64,000 bases of DNA from an uncultured Clostridium sp. (GCA_900553985.1 USFW01000002.1:875-64874), one strand, 5' to 3'. Shown: positions 20,661 through 31,391, numbered from the stretch's first letter. Program-made: numbers and translations. The notes: a model not told the origin generated them from the letters alone.

Positions 20661-21419
20661 ATGCTATTTAATGATAAAATCAATGTGAAAATAAAATATA
20701 AAGGATGTAATAATATGAGTACTAATGAAATTAGACAAGAATTTATGAAAAAATATAAAGTAGAAGGAATAAAACTTTGGGAATATCCTCCTAGCATAGA
20801 TAGATTTTTTACACATGAATTTGAGAATATGCAAGATGCTATTAATGGAATAATATTTTATACAAACCATGATATACATCAAAAAGAAGCATTATTAAAT
20901 ACTCATAAAATAGAAACAGAAATAAAAATTAAGAATCTAAAAGATGAAACTTTAAATAATTGTGTACATTTTTTTAGATTCACTGAAGTATTAAATAATT
21001 CTGATTTTAATGAGGATTATAGTAATATAAAAAATGGAGTAAAAGTATATAAAAAAATAAATATTGATGAAATACAAAAACTAGTCCAAAATAGAATAGA
21101 TGAATTAATAGAAAAAGAAAAAATTCAAGTTTGGAGAGCTGGATTATATTTTACTAGACAGGAAGAAGCATATTATAAAAGATCATATGCATATCAAACA
21201 AATTTACAGGAACATAATAGTGCTTGGTGGACAGAAGATTTATTTTCAACAATAAAATATTTAAAGAATTTAGAGGAAAACGATGAAAATACTTATTATG
21301 ACACTTGGGTGCATTGCAAAATTGAAAGAGAAAAAAATAAAAAAGGTTATATGCAGAAAAACAATGAAAATGCAAAATTATTAGAAAAAGCTTATTCAGA
21401 ATATAAACGGTATTACTAA
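20661..21419 (+). CDS. Hypothetical cytosolic protein (start may be Met at 20715)
   Basis: Long ORF with coding-like composition. No motif recognised. Confidence 0.4.
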   Translation: MLFNDKINVKIKYKGCNNMSTNEIRQEFMKKYKVEGIKLWEYPPSIDRFFTHEFENMQDAINGIIFYTNHDIHQKEALLNTHKIETEIKIKNLKDETLNNCVHFFRFTEVLNNSDFNEDYSNIKNGVKVYKKINIDEIQKLVQNRIDELIEKEKIQVWRAGLYFTRQEEAYYKRSYAYQTNLQEHNSAWWTEDLFSTIKYLKNLEENDENTYYDTWVHCKIEREKNKKGYMQKNNENAKLLEKAYSEYKRYY

Positions 21420-21465
21420 TAATAAAAGGGAAATAGAAGAAAAAGAAATATAAAAGAGGGATTAA

Positions 21466-22761
21466 ATGAAAAATACAAAAGAACATATAGTAAGACATAG
21501 AAAGAAAAACGTACGCATATTTCCAATATATAAGATGTTATCATGGGATTTATTATTTTATTTTCCAATAATATTTTTATTTTTAACACAAGTAAAAGGA
21601 TTTACAGCATCAGAAGTATTATTGGCAGATGCATTTTATACATTATCAAATACTTTTTGGCAAATACCAATAACAAGATTAGTAGATAGAATTGGAAAAA
21701 AGAATAGTCTAATATTAGGAAATATATTATATTCATTGAGTATTTTGGCTATGATATTCATGACAAAATATTATGAATTGCTTATAACTCAATTTATATA
21801 TGCATTAGGATATTCAATAAAAGGAATCTGTGAGTCAAACATATTATATGATTCATTACCAGGTAGTAAAAAAAGAGGAAAAGTTTTTTCTGTGATTGAT
21901 GGAAAATCCTCTTCTTATTTTTATATTTTTGATTCATTAGCTTCTGTAGTTGCTGGCTTCTCATTTGTAATAAATGGATACATTCCAATGATTTTATGTT
22001 TTATTTGTTGTGTAATATCAACAATAATTTCATTTAGATTTAGACATACAACAATATTACAAGAAAAAATTAAACCTGTAACATTTACAGAATATAAGAA
22101 ACAGTTAAAAGATTCATTTAAATTTTTTATAAAATCTAAACGAATGCGAAATTTGATTTTATTTAATGCAGTTTTTATAGGAACGTTATATGGAATCGTA
22201 AATTTGAGAAGTAGTATGCTAAGTGAAATGAATGTACCAGAGCAATATTTTGGAATTATATTTGCAATATTGCAATTGGTAGCAGCATTAGCAACAAGAC
22301 AAACTGATAAGATACATAATAGTTTTAGAAATAAGACTCTAACATACTTAGGAGTACCATTAGTCTTATCTTGCATATGTATTGGATTTATAGGCCAAGA
22401 TAAATTATCACAATCATCTTTGATATTAATAGTATTATTATTTGCTATACAGTTTGCAATAAAAGGTCCATATTTAGGATTAATGACTAGATATTTGAAC
22501 AACTTTACTAATAGAGGTATTAGACCTAAAATTTCAGCATTAAGATATTTAACTGCAAATTTAGCTATAGCTATTATATCTTTACTGTGTTCAGGATTAT
22601 TAGCTATAACAAGTACGGCAAATACTTTTATAATTGTAGGATGTATATCTACTATAATTATGATTATATTATTAGATCATATGAGAGATAAAGTAGGATT
22701 AAAACCAGAAGAATACAAAAAAGAAGATATACGATATAGTATTAATAGACCTAAAAAATAA
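21466..22761 (+). CDS. MFS transporter
   Basis: About 12 hydrophobic segments and the loop motif DRIGKKN between TM2 and TM3. Confidence 0.7.
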   Translation: MKNTKEHIVRHRKKNVRIFPIYKMLSWDLLFYFPIIFLFLTQVKGFTASEVLLADAFYTLSNTFWQIPITRLVDRIGKKNSLILGNILYSLSILAMIFMTKYYELLITQFIYALGYSIKGICESNILYDSLPGSKKRGKVFSVIDGKSSSYFYIFDSLASVVAGFSFVINGYIPMILCFICCVISTIISFRFRHTTILQEKIKPVTFTEYKKQLKDSFKFFIKSKRMRNLILFNAVFIGTLYGIVNLRSSMLSEMNVPEQYFGIIFAILQLVAALATRQTDKIHNSFRNKTLTYLGVPLVLSCICIGFIGQDKLSQSSLILIVLLFAIQFAIKGPYLGLMTRYLNNFTNRGIRPKISALRYLTANLAIAIISLLCSGLLAITSTANTFIIVGCISTIIMIILLDHMRDKVGLKPEEYKKEDIRYSINRPKK

Positions 22762-22853
22762 TAGACACATTATAAAAAAAGTGGTATAATTATATAGATA
22801 GGCTAAAAAGTCTTATGCAACTAATAAACTTTTATTTTGAAAGAGGTATCATT

Positions 22854-23285
22854 ATGAACAAGAAGAGGAATCAAACAGTAACTTTATCAATTTACACAAA
22901 TCCTTTAGAAGATTTAGGAACACCTACTCGGGAGGAGCAAGAAGTCTTTGAGTATGTTAAAGAAAAGGAACAGTTATTCTTAGGATTTTTTAATGAATTC
23001 AAGAGATATGAAGAAAGACTCAGACAGGCATACAGGATGTTTGGATGTGAACTAGACTTACCAACTTTTGACTACAAAGATCACAAATTATTTTCAGATG
23101 GTGAAAATGGGATGATTCCATTACTGGAAACTTCAAAAGAAGTATCAGATAAGCTATTTGATGATAGATATTGGAAAGTAGATATGAGGCTAGTATCAAT
23201 TATCAAAAAATACATATCATCTTTAAGAATTCTTTCAATAGAATATTATAAAATGGAAGAAGAATTGAGAGATCTTTTAGAGTAA
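22854..23285 (+). CDS. Hypothetical protein, about 143 aa
   Basis: ORF followed by the hairpin AAGATGAATCTAG..CTAGATTCATCTT. Locally higher GC than its neighbours. No motif recognised. Confidence 0.4.
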   Translation: MNKKRNQTVTLSIYTNPLEDLGTPTREEQEVFEYVKEKEQLFLGFFNEFKRYEERLRQAYRMFGCELDLPTFDYKDHKLFSDGENGMIPLLETSKEVSDKLFDDRYWKVDMRLVSIIKKYISSLRILSIEYYKMEEELRDLLE

Positions 23286-23576
23286 GAGGAACAAAGATGA
23301 ATCTAGGATAATTACTAGATTCATCTTTTAATTATAATGGTTTCAATAATTAATAAAATATTAATAAATGTTAAAAAAATTTTTAATAAATAACTGTTAA
23401 AATAATATTACAAAAATGTAATGTTGTAACACTAGAAAAAGGATATATTATGTTATATAATATTAACCACTTAAAAAATAAAATAAAAATTTTAATAAAA
23501 AAATATTGCATACAAACTTAGTAATATGTGGTATAATATATATGTTTAGTCTTGTTACAATTAGAAAGGAAGCAAA

Positions 23577-24309
23577 ATGAGTAGGAAAAATAAAGTGAAG
23601 ATTTTTAAAATTGTGATGATGATAATTGCCTTATTATTAATAGTAGGAATAGTAGTTAATTTAGTTCCTGTTATGGCAAATTTAAGTACGATTGAAGGTC
23701 AACTGGAATTTAAAGAAAAAGTTAGTAACTCACGGTATATGGGGACTTCTTACATTATTTGGACTTCAATTTGCCCAAATATTTCTAATTATATTACCAG
23801 GTGAACCAATTGAGATACTTGCAGGAATGTGCTATGGAGGATTGGGAGGACTAATTTTTGTAACTGCTTCTGCATTTATAATATCATCTGTGATATTTTT
23901 TATGGTAAGGAAACTAGGCAAAAAATTTGTTTATGATTTTTGTGATGAAGAAAAAGTAAAAAAAATAGAAGAGAGTAAGATATTTAAAAATCCTAAAAAA
24001 ATAGAATGGATAATGATAATATTATTCTTAATACCAGGAACACCAAAAGATTTATTAGTATATATAGCAGCATTATTACCAATAAAACCACTTAGATTTA
24101 TATTAATATCAACTTTTGCAAGATTCCCTTCAGTTGTATCATCAACTTTTGCAGGAGATAACTTATTAGAAGGAAATTGGCAAAATAGTATAATAATATA
24201 TGCTGTTACATTTTTACTTGTAGGAATATCAATATTTATAGTGAATAAACTTGATAAATCCAAAACAACTGAAGAAGCTTTAAGAAGTTTTCAAAAAGAA
24301 ATAAAGTAA
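23577..24309 (+). pseudogene. TVP38/TMEM64 (DedA-related) membrane protein, frameshifted near the 5' end
   Basis: The N-terminal TM is in ORF 23577-23804. The rest (LIILPGEPIEILAGMCYGG...IPGTPKDLL) is in ORF 23692-24309, with the frame change at about 23725-23745. Confidence 0.6.
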
Positions 24310-24323
24310 GAAAAGGGGAAAAT

Positions 24324-24881
24324 ATGGAAAAGGAAATTACATTGAACAAGACTACAAAAGATAAAATTATAGACTACATAACATATTTTTTTATATATGC
24401 GTTTTTAGGTTGGTGTATGGAAACAATTTACGCAATTTTTATACATGGATTCTTTGTAAAAAGAGGATTTTTATATGGTCCAATTTGTCCTATATATGGT
24501 TTTGGAGCTATTATATTAATAATGATAACTAAAAATATGTATGGAAAGCCAATAAAGAAATTTTTGATTGCAACAATTGCCTTTACTGCATTTGAATATT
24601 TTGTATCACTTATTTTAGAAACACTTTTTGGATTGAGATGGTGGGATTATTCTAATGATTTTCTAAATATACAAGGAAGAGTTAGTTTATTATATTCCAT
24701 TGCATGGGGAGTTATAGGAGTAATTTTATTAGAAAAATTACATCCATTAATAGAAAACATAATTCAAAAATTTAGTGTAAAGGTTAATAGAAAATATAGT
24801 ATACAAAATATAATGGTTATTGTATTTTTAGTCTTAATTTTAGTAGATACAGTATTTTCTACATTGAGATATTTGAATTAA
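24324..24881 (+). CDS. Polytopic membrane protein of the 'putative ABC-transporter type IV' (PF06541-like) family
   Basis: FFIYAFLGWCMETIYA...KRGFLYGPICPIYGFGAI...RWWDYS signature. It is a paralogue of 26969-27877. Confidence 0.55.
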   Translation: MEKEITLNKTTKDKIIDYITYFFIYAFLGWCMETIYAIFIHGFFVKRGFLYGPICPIYGFGAIILIMITKNMYGKPIKKFLIATIAFTAFEYFVSLILETLFGLRWWDYSNDFLNIQGRVSLLYSIAWGVIGVILLEKLHPLIENIIQKFSVKVNRKYSIQNIMVIVFLVLILVDTVFSTLRYLN

Positions 24882-24946
24882 GGTCGATATAAAATAAATA
24901 TCGAAATACATATGAACAGATAGTAATTTATAATGGAGATATAAAT

Positions 24947-25693
24947 ATGGAAATTACATATAAAGTAAAATTGAAAAAATTAAAATTAGATGTAGATACA
25001 CAAAGAAAATATAACCAAGATTATAATTTAGATAATATGATTAGAAATACAGAAAAATGGAAATATGGGGATCCTATGATATTAGATGATGAAAATTTAT
25101 TATTTAGTCTATTATATTTTTATGTTGGAGATATTGCAGAAAGAAAAGATGGAAAAGATTGGTATGGGAACAATAATTTTATTTTTCATATAGTTGAAAA
25201 GAATGATAAAATATTTATAAAATATGTGAATTTATATAGAATAGAAGATATAGTGGAAAAATATGCAATAATGAAAATAAATAATTTAGGACAGTATCAA
25301 GTAAAACAGCAAGGGCTTATACAAAAAGAATATAGAGAGTATATAAGAAATGAGGCTATGAAGATTATAGAAATTGATAAAAATGAATTTGAAAAAAGAA
25401 TAAATAGACTAAAAAAAATACAATATGACGAATTAGAATTTTTTACATGTAAAACAGCTTATGAAAGCATAGATTATTTTGATTATATAAATAGAATTAA
25501 CTTTTACTGCGATAGATATTACCCTGAAAAATATGAAGAATGTATAAAATTTGTAAATTATATTTTAAGTGAATGTAAAATCTTAAATATGGAAGAGGTC
25601 ATAATGAAGTCATTTAAAGAAGAAGAAAGAAAAAATATAATGATAGACCTGATAAAAGAAAAAATTGAACTAGAGGGAGGATATATTACATAA
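24947..25693 (+). CDS. Hypothetical protein, 248 aa
   Basis: Long ORF with an RBS. No motif recognised, and no Rossmann GxGxxG motif, so it is not DpaA. Confidence 0.4.
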   Translation: MEITYKVKLKKLKLDVDTQRKYNQDYNLDNMIRNTEKWKYGDPMILDDENLLFSLLYFYVGDIAERKDGKDWYGNNNFIFHIVEKNDKIFIKYVNLYRIEDIVEKYAIMKINNLGQYQVKQQGLIQKEYREYIRNEAMKIIEIDKNEFEKRINRLKKIQYDELEFFTCKTAYESIDYFDYINRINFYCDRYYPEKYEECIKFVNYILSECKILNMEEVIMKSFKEEERKNIMIDLIKEKIELEGGYIT

Positions 25694-25908
25694 TTATTAT
25701 GTGATAGTCTTTGTAGAGAAAAGATAAAAACATACAAATTTATGTTGAGGAATTACTTGCAATAGAGTAGTTCTTTTTTATTGAATATTTTTTTAATTTT
25801 ATTTAGAAATTTAAACTATATTTTTAAATTAACATAATATATATAATAAGGTTATAGGTAAAACCACTTTAAAACCTAAATAATTTAATAAGGAGGTAAG
25901 GAATAAAA

Positions 25909-26487
25909 TTGAGTTTTGAAGGAGTAAAAATAGGATTTGTTTTTACAGGTTCTTTTTGTACTTTCAGCAAAGTAATTCCTAAAATGAAATTATTAGTGAA
26001 ATCAGGAGCAAAAATAATTCCAATAATGTCTTTTAACAGTTATAACTTAGATACTAAATTTGGAAAAGCAAAAGATTTTATTGAAAAAATAGAAAACATA
26101 ACAGGGAATAGCATAATACATTCAATTACAGATGCAGAACCAATAGGGCCAAAAAATATGACTGATATTATGATAATAGCACCTTGTTCAGGTAATACAA
26201 TGGCTAAATTATCATATGATATTATTGATACACCTGCTACAATGGCTGCAAAATCGCATTTGAGAAACAATAGGCCACTTGTAATAGCGCCGTCAACCAA
26301 TAATGGATTAAGTGGAAATGCTGAAAATATAGGAAGATTATTAAATAGAAAAAATTATTATTTTGTACCATTTAGGCAAGATAATCCAATAACAAAACCT
26401 CGTTCAATAGTTTTTGATGAGGAATATATTATCAAGACATTAGAGTATGCTCTTAATAATGAACAAATTAGTCCTATATTGATTTAA
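25909..26487 (+). CDS. dpaB: Dipicolinate synthase subunit B (flavoprotein)
   Basis: The TTG start lies behind AAGGAGG. IGFVFTGSFCTF...IIAPCSGNTMAKL...MAAKSHLRNNRPLVIAPSTNNGL...FVPFRQDNP is collinear with SpoVFB as I recall it. Confidence 0.8.
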   Translation: MSFEGVKIGFVFTGSFCTFSKVIPKMKLLVKSGAKIIPIMSFNSYNLDTKFGKAKDFIEKIENITGNSIIHSITDAEPIGPKNMTDIMIIAPCSGNTMAKLSYDIIDTPATMAAKSHLRNNRPLVIAPSTNNGLSGNAENIGRLLNRKNYYFVPFRQDNPITKPRSIVFDEEYIIKTLEYALNNEQISPILI

Positions 26488-26523
26488 AAACAATGAAAAA
26501 GAAAACATTTTTTCGTAAAAGCC

Positions 26524-26574
26524 CTTGACAAAGAATATATGTTCGTATATAATTCGATAAACGAACAAAATTTC
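26524..26574 (+). promoter_or_regulatory. Consensus sigma-A promoter with overlapping LexA (Cheo-type) box or boxes
   Basis: TTGACA (26524-26529), a 17-nt spacer, then TATAAT (26547-26552). The spacer contains AGAATATATGTTCG (26531-26544), one mismatch from CGAAC-N4-GTTCG. A weaker second site, CGAACAAAATTTCT, lies at 26561-26574. Confidence 0.6.
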
Positions 26575-26595
26575 TTTTGATAAGGAGGAGCAAAT

Positions 26596-26892
26596 ATGAA
26601 AATAGTAAATAAAACAAAATTTTTTAGAATGATAGTTATATTATTAATATCAATAAGTGTTATGCTAATTGTATGTATCAATAAATCTTATTCAAATAGT
26701 AATGAAAACTATAAAACAGAAATTGTACTTAATGGAGAATCTTTATGGAGTATTGCAAAGAGTGAAATAGAGAAAAATAAATATTTCGAAAATAAAGATA
26801 TAAGAGATGTTATTTTTGAAATAAAAAAGATAAATAATTTAGAAAAAAGTGATTTAAGTGAAGGAATGAAGTTAAAAATTCCTATTTATTAA
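26596..26892 (+). CDS. YneA-like small membrane-anchored LysM protein (probable SOS-induced division inhibitor)
   Basis: It has an N-terminal TM (FFRMIVILLISISVMLIVCI) and a C-terminal LysM domain (GESLWSIAKSE...GMKLKIPIY). At 98 aa it matches YneA architecture, and a LexA-box promoter lies upstream. Confidence 0.6.
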   Translation: MKIVNKTKFFRMIVILLISISVMLIVCINKSYSNSNENYKTEIVLNGESLWSIAKSEIEKNKYFENKDIRDVIFEIKKINNLEKSDLSEGMKLKIPIY

Positions 26893-26968
26893 AAATAGTT
26901 AATCTTCCTATTGAATATAAAATTCAAATATGTTAGAATTTTATTCGTGATAAGGAGGATTAATAAAT

Positions 26969-27877
26969 ATGGAAGAAAATGCAGAAATAATAAATGAAAA
27001 AGGCACAGAAAAAAATAAAAAAGAAAAAAACAATGCTAAAAGAAAGACATTAACAATAAATGGTATAAGTATATGGAGAATTTTAGCATATTTTATTATA
27101 TATAGTGTAGCTGGATATATAATAGAAACGGTGTATGGAATGATAACAAAAGGCGTTTGGGAAAGTAGACAGAGTTTTTTATACGGACCATTTTGTGGAA
27201 TATATGGATTAGGTGCAGTAGTAATGATTATATTCCTTCATAAATTTCCTAAAAAATATAATGCATTATTTATTGGAGGATTTATAGTTGGTTCTATTAC
27301 AGAATATTTAGTTAGTTTATTTGGAGAATTAATTTTAGGAGTAAAATGGTGGGACTATTCAAATATGCCATTTAATATTAATGGTAGAATATGTATGTTA
27401 TTTTCACTATTTTGGGGATTTCTTGCAATTTACTTAATTGCATCTTTAAATCCTAAAGTAGACAAATTAATTAATTGGGTAAAAAGTAAATTCAAAACAT
27501 ATAAATCTTTAAAGGCTTTTATAATTACTGTTACAGTATTACTACTATTAGATTGTGTAGCAACAGGATTTGCATTAGATTTCTTTAAAATAAGAATGAT
27601 AGAAAAAAATAATATAAATGTACCAAATAAAGAACTTATATCAAAAAGATATGATGAAATATATAATCAAAATCCTAAACTAGCAGATTTTATATACAAA
27701 TTCTGGGGAGATAAAAAAATGATAAAAACTTTCCCTAATTTAAAAACACAAGATGTAAATGGAAATATCGTTTATATGGATAGCTTTTTAGACATTCAGC
27801 CATATTACATGAAAGTACATGATATACACCTAAAAAATAATAAAGAAGTTGAAGATAATATAAAAGGTGAAGAATAA
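26969..27877 (+). CDS. PF06541-like polytopic membrane protein with a C-terminal extension
   Basis: YFIIYSVAGYIIETVYG...RQSFLYGPFCGIYGLGAV...KWWDYSN. Confidence 0.55.
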   Translation: MEENAEIINEKGTEKNKKEKNNAKRKTLTINGISIWRILAYFIIYSVAGYIIETVYGMITKGVWESRQSFLYGPFCGIYGLGAVVMIIFLHKFPKKYNALFIGGFIVGSITEYLVSLFGELILGVKWWDYSNMPFNINGRICMLFSLFWGFLAIYLIASLNPKVDKLINWVKSKFKTYKSLKAFIITVTVLLLLDCVATGFALDFFKIRMIEKNNINVPNKELISKRYDEIYNQNPKLADFIYKFWGDKKMIKTFPNLKTQDVNGNIVYMDSFLDIQPYYMKVHDIHLKNNKEVEDNIKGEE

Positions 27878-27891
27878 AAAGGAATATAATG

Positions 27892-27929
27892 AAAAGATAT
27901 TATTCAAATATTTGAATAATATCTTTTTT
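27892..27929. terminator. Perfect palindromic bidirectional terminator
   Basis: AAAAGATATTATTCAAATATTTGAATAATATCTTTTTT. Confidence 0.75.
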
Positions 27930-28026
27930 GTTACTAATCCTATTATTTTAAGTTCTAATTTTTATAATTAAAGAATTACAACAATTATATCTTCAAAATA
28001 TATAATATATATGTTTAAAACCTCTT

Positions 28027-28155
28027 CTTATTGTATAGGAAAAATCGACTTTTATCTTGACCCTATATAGGATTTTTCCGTATACAACAAGTAAAAGTTA
28101 CCTTTAAAAAGACTCGCGATAGCTTTTCTTATGTAGATTCGCTACGTTTCTTATT
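28027..28155 (+). repeat. Intergenic repeat family 1, copy 1 (~130 nt, two hairpins)
   Basis: About 17 differences in ~130 nt against 34056-34185 by hand alignment. It contains TTGTATAGGAAAAATC ... GATTTTTCCGTATACAA and GCGATAGC...GCTACG inverted repeats. Confidence 0.8.
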
Positions 28156-28185
28156 AAAAATAAGCATAATTAAGAATATAAAATA

Positions 28186-29178
28186 TTAAATATCAGCAAG
28201 AGGATTACTTTCAACTGCATTTCTAACTTGTGAATTATCAACATGAGTATATATTTCAGTTGTAGAAATGCTTTCATGACCTAATAATTCTTGCAAAGCT
28301 CTAATATCAACATTACCATATTGATACATTAAAGTAGCTGCCGTATGTCTTAGTTTATGAACAGAGAACTTAGAAGTATCAAAACCTGCAATTTTCAATT
28401 CTTTATCAACAATATATTGAACTGTTCTTCTACTAATTCGTTCTCGTCGTTCACTTAAAAATAAAGCTTTATGTGAGTTTTGTTTATCAACTTTCACGCC
28501 TTCCTTTGGGCGAACTTCTAAATATTCATGAATAGCCTTTAAACAAGCTTTATTTAAGTATATAGTTCTCTCTTTATTTCCTTTACCTATAACTGATAAT
28601 CTAGCTTCACTAAAATCAATATCTTTTATATTTATATTTACTAATTCAGATAAACGCAAGCCACAATTTAAAAATAAGGTAATTATAGCATAGTCTCTTT
28701 GAAAATTCCTGTTATCTTCATTTGCTGTAACTTCTAAAAGCTTTTTACTTTGGTCTAAGTTTAAATATTTAGGTAGTCGTTTATCAGATTTTGGAGTTTC
28801 CAAGTTTTGGGCAGGATTTATTTCTATTAAATTTGCTTTTTGACTTAAATAATTAAAAAATATCCTTATAGTAGAGCATTTTCTTGCTCTAGTTGCAGCC
28901 TTACTACGCAATTCAATGGCCATATAACTTAAAAATGAATGTATATCTTCTAAGGTAATCTTTTTTATAACTTCAATAGAAATATCTTTAATTTCTATTT
29001 TTGAAAAATCACTTTCATTTGTCAAGTTATAATGTATTTTTATAAATCTTAAGAACATCATTAAGTCATAGTTATATTCTTTAATACTATTTGGTGATTT
29101 ATTTAAAATAGTAGCACTATAATCTAAAAAAGAATTAAGGTAGTCTGGGTTTTCATCTTTTCTTATCATCTGTTTCAC
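28186..29178 (-). CDS. XerC/XerD-like tyrosine recombinase
   Basis: N-terminal SAM-like core-binding domain. Catalytic signature ...GLRLSEL..., HKLRHTAAT, LLGHESISTTEIYTHV. Confidence 0.85.
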   Translation of the reverse strand: MKQMIRKDENPDYLNSFLDYSATILNKSPNSIKEYNYDLMMFLRFIKIHYNLTNESDFSKIEIKDISIEVIKKITLEDIHSFLSYMAIELRSKAATRARKCSTIRIFFNYLSQKANLIEINPAQNLETPKSDKRLPKYLNLDQSKKLLEVTANEDNRNFQRDYAIITLFLNCGLRLSELVNINIKDIDFSEARLSVIGKGNKERTIYLNKACLKAIHEYLEVRPKEGVKVDKQNSHKALFLSERRERISRRTVQYIVDKELKIAGFDTSKFSVHKLRHTAATLMYQYGNVDIRALQELLGHESISTTEIYTHVDNSQVRNAVESNPLADI

Positions 29179-29287
29179 TCTCCTTGTATCCTATATATTA
29201 TACATGAATATCTACTGAAAGTGAATAGTTTTTTTATGCAAACATAATTTTTTATTGTTTTTTGTTGCAGGATAATGTTCTTTATTG

Positions 29288-29337
29288 TAGAGAAGCTGGA
29301 AATAGTTGATAATTATTTCCAGCGTCTAATTTGTAAA
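29288..29337. repeat. Intergenic repeat family 2, copy A (truncated palindrome)
   Basis: TAGAGAAGCTGGAAATAGTTGATAATTATTTCCAGCGTCTAATTTGTAAA matches 36504-36566 but lacks 13 nt of the right arm. Confidence 0.75.
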
Positions 29338-29439
29338 ATCTATTATATATTTCACATAATATATAGAGATATAGAATTTTAATAAAATATCAAAAATTAG
29401 ATTTAAAATAACTAAATTTAATTATAAGGAGGAATATCT

Positions 29440-29949
29440 ATGTGTTGTAATAAACCTATAATACTAATTGTATCTTTACTTATTCTTTTCATTATAGTTA
29501 ATATTTTTCTATTTTGTTTTTGCATTACTTCTTATAAACAGCCAAATATATTACAAGCTCTCAACTCTCAGATTCAAGTAGGAAATAGTTTCACCCCACT
29601 TGTTTTAGATACTAATAAAATTCAAGTAGGAAATGCAATTTCACATGATAATAGTAACCCTGAAATAATTATTTCGCAATCTGGCATTTATTTAGTAAAT
29701 TATTCTGTAACTGGCTCTTTAGAAACTGGAGGCCCCCCTACTTTTTTTGAAGTTTTATTAAATCAAAATAATACTTTAGTGCCTAATTCAACTTTATCTA
29801 GCCTTGTTGTTCCTAGTGGTCAATTAAATACTTTATCTGGTTCTACTATAATAGAAGTAAGTGATTCTTCTGTTATATCATTAGTTGGTAACTCTAGTTC
29901 TGATATCATTTATCAAGATGTTAGTATTTCAGTTATAAAAATTGATTAA
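29440..29949 (+). CDS. Membrane-anchored protein with a BclA-C-terminal/C1q-like domain (possible spore surface protein)
   Basis: N-terminal TM, then IIISQSGIYLVNYSVTGS...FFEVLLNQN...LSGSTIIEVSDSSVISLV, a beta-rich pattern typical of the exosporium BclA CTD/TNF-like fold. Confidence 0.4.
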   Translation: MCCNKPIILIVSLLILFIIVNIFLFCFCITSYKQPNILQALNSQIQVGNSFTPLVLDTNKIQVGNAISHDNSNPEIIISQSGIYLVNYSVTGSLETGGPPTFFEVLLNQNNTLVPNSTLSSLVVPSGQLNTLSGSTIIEVSDSSVISLVGNSSSDIIYQDVSISVIKID

Positions 29950-30127
29950 ATTTAACTGAATTTTTATTTATAAAATTTTAAAATATTAATATTACTTTTC
30001 ATTAAGGTAGTATTAATATTTTTATTGTAAAATAAGTTAAAATAGTAAATAATAATTTTAGATTATTATCTAGCCTATTCTTTAATTTTGTGATACTATT
30101 ATTATATATATATGGGAGGATAATAAT

Positions 30128-30634
30128 ATGGAAAAAAATTTTAATATTCATAATCTAAAAGTTGCATTAATTTATGGAAATTCTGATACTGATGGAATAA
30201 ATAAAGATGGACATATAGAATTAATATTAAAAGATGATGATGATACTGCACATTATTTTTACATGAAAGAATTTTTGAAAAATAATTTTACTAACGAACC
30301 CTCTGTTCAAAATATTATCGCAAAACATGATGTTAATAGTATATTCTTTGAACTACAAAAACTTGGACATATTGCATTTGCTGAAAATACATCTTTTGAG
30401 AATCATCCTAGTGGATTATTATATATTCCAAAGTCTATTTCTAAAAATCAAAAGGAATCTCTATTTAAGTTTCAAAATCAATTAAATAAAGAAAATTACA
30501 ATGTTACTGTTTTATTTAATCTATTCAGATCTGAAGATGGTATAATAATGGGAAATCAATTATCAGGTAATTCATCTATATTAGATAAATTTACAGGATT
30601 CGAAAAATCCGATGATAGAGAATTAGAGTTATAA
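30128..30634 (+). CDS. Hypothetical protein, 168 aa
   Basis: ORF with RBS GGGAGGA. No motif recognised. Confidence 0.4.
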   Translation: MEKNFNIHNLKVALIYGNSDTDGINKDGHIELILKDDDDTAHYFYMKEFLKNNFTNEPSVQNIIAKHDVNSIFFELQKLGHIAFAENTSFENHPSGLLYIPKSISKNQKESLFKFQNQLNKENYNVTVLFNLFRSEDGIIMGNQLSGNSSILDKFTGFEKSDDRELEL

Positions 30635-30782
30635 GCTTAGTTTTAATTTTATTATATTGAAAAAGAAGAAAACATAATAATCTTATTTATACTATGTTTT
30701 CTTCTTTATTTAAATTTCCATTGCCTCTAATCTTATTAGATTCAAAGCTTCTCTTATATATCTTAATTTTAGAATTCTATAT

Positions 30783-31391
30783 TTATTTACAATTATTCAT
30801 ATTTTTAATGTTGTTCATATAAAACTTCTTTTCTGCTAATTTATCTTGAACTCCTCTAAGTGCTTCTCCAAATCTTTGGAAGTGAACAACTTCTCTTTCT
30901 CTTAAATATCTTAGTGGGTCTATTACATCTGGATTATCTCTACATAAATCAATTAATTTTTCATAAGTTGCTCTAGCTTTTTGTTCTGCTGCTAAGTCTT
31001 CTTGCAAGTTTGCTATTGGGTCTCCTTTACATGCAAGTACTGCTGCATTAAATGGATATCCTGCTGCTGCTTGTGGATATACATCTACACCATGGTCTGT
31101 GTAGTATGCCCCTAATCCTGCTTTTTCTATTTCTTCTATACTTGCATCTTTGGTTAATTGATGAACAATTGCTCCTACCATTTCTAAGTGAGCTAATTCT
31201 TCTGTACCAATATCATTTAAAACTGCTTTTGCTTTTTGATCTGGCATTCCAAATCTTTGTGATAAATATCTCAAAGATGCTGCAAGTTCTCCATCTGGTC
31301 CTCCATATTGAGAAATAATTACTTTTGCAAGACGAGGGTCTGTGCATTTTATATTTATTGGATATTGTAATGTTTTATTATAAGTCCACAT
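30783..31391 (-). CDS. cotJC: Spore coat protein CotJC (manganese-catalase family)
   Basis: MWTYNKTLQYPI...GGPDGELAASLRYLSQR...ELAHLEMVG...REREVVHFQRF. Its start overlaps the cotJB stop (ATG 31391). Confidence 0.85.
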   Translation of the reverse strand: MWTYNKTLQYPINIKCTDPRLAKVIISQYGGPDGELAASLRYLSQRFGMPDQKAKAVLNDIGTEELAHLEMVGAIVHQLTKDASIEEIEKAGLGAYYTDHGVDVYPQAAAGYPFNAAVLACKGDPIANLQEDLAAEQKARATYEKLIDLCRDNPDVIDPLRYLREREVVHFQRFGEALRGVQDKLAEKKFYMNNIKNMNNCK

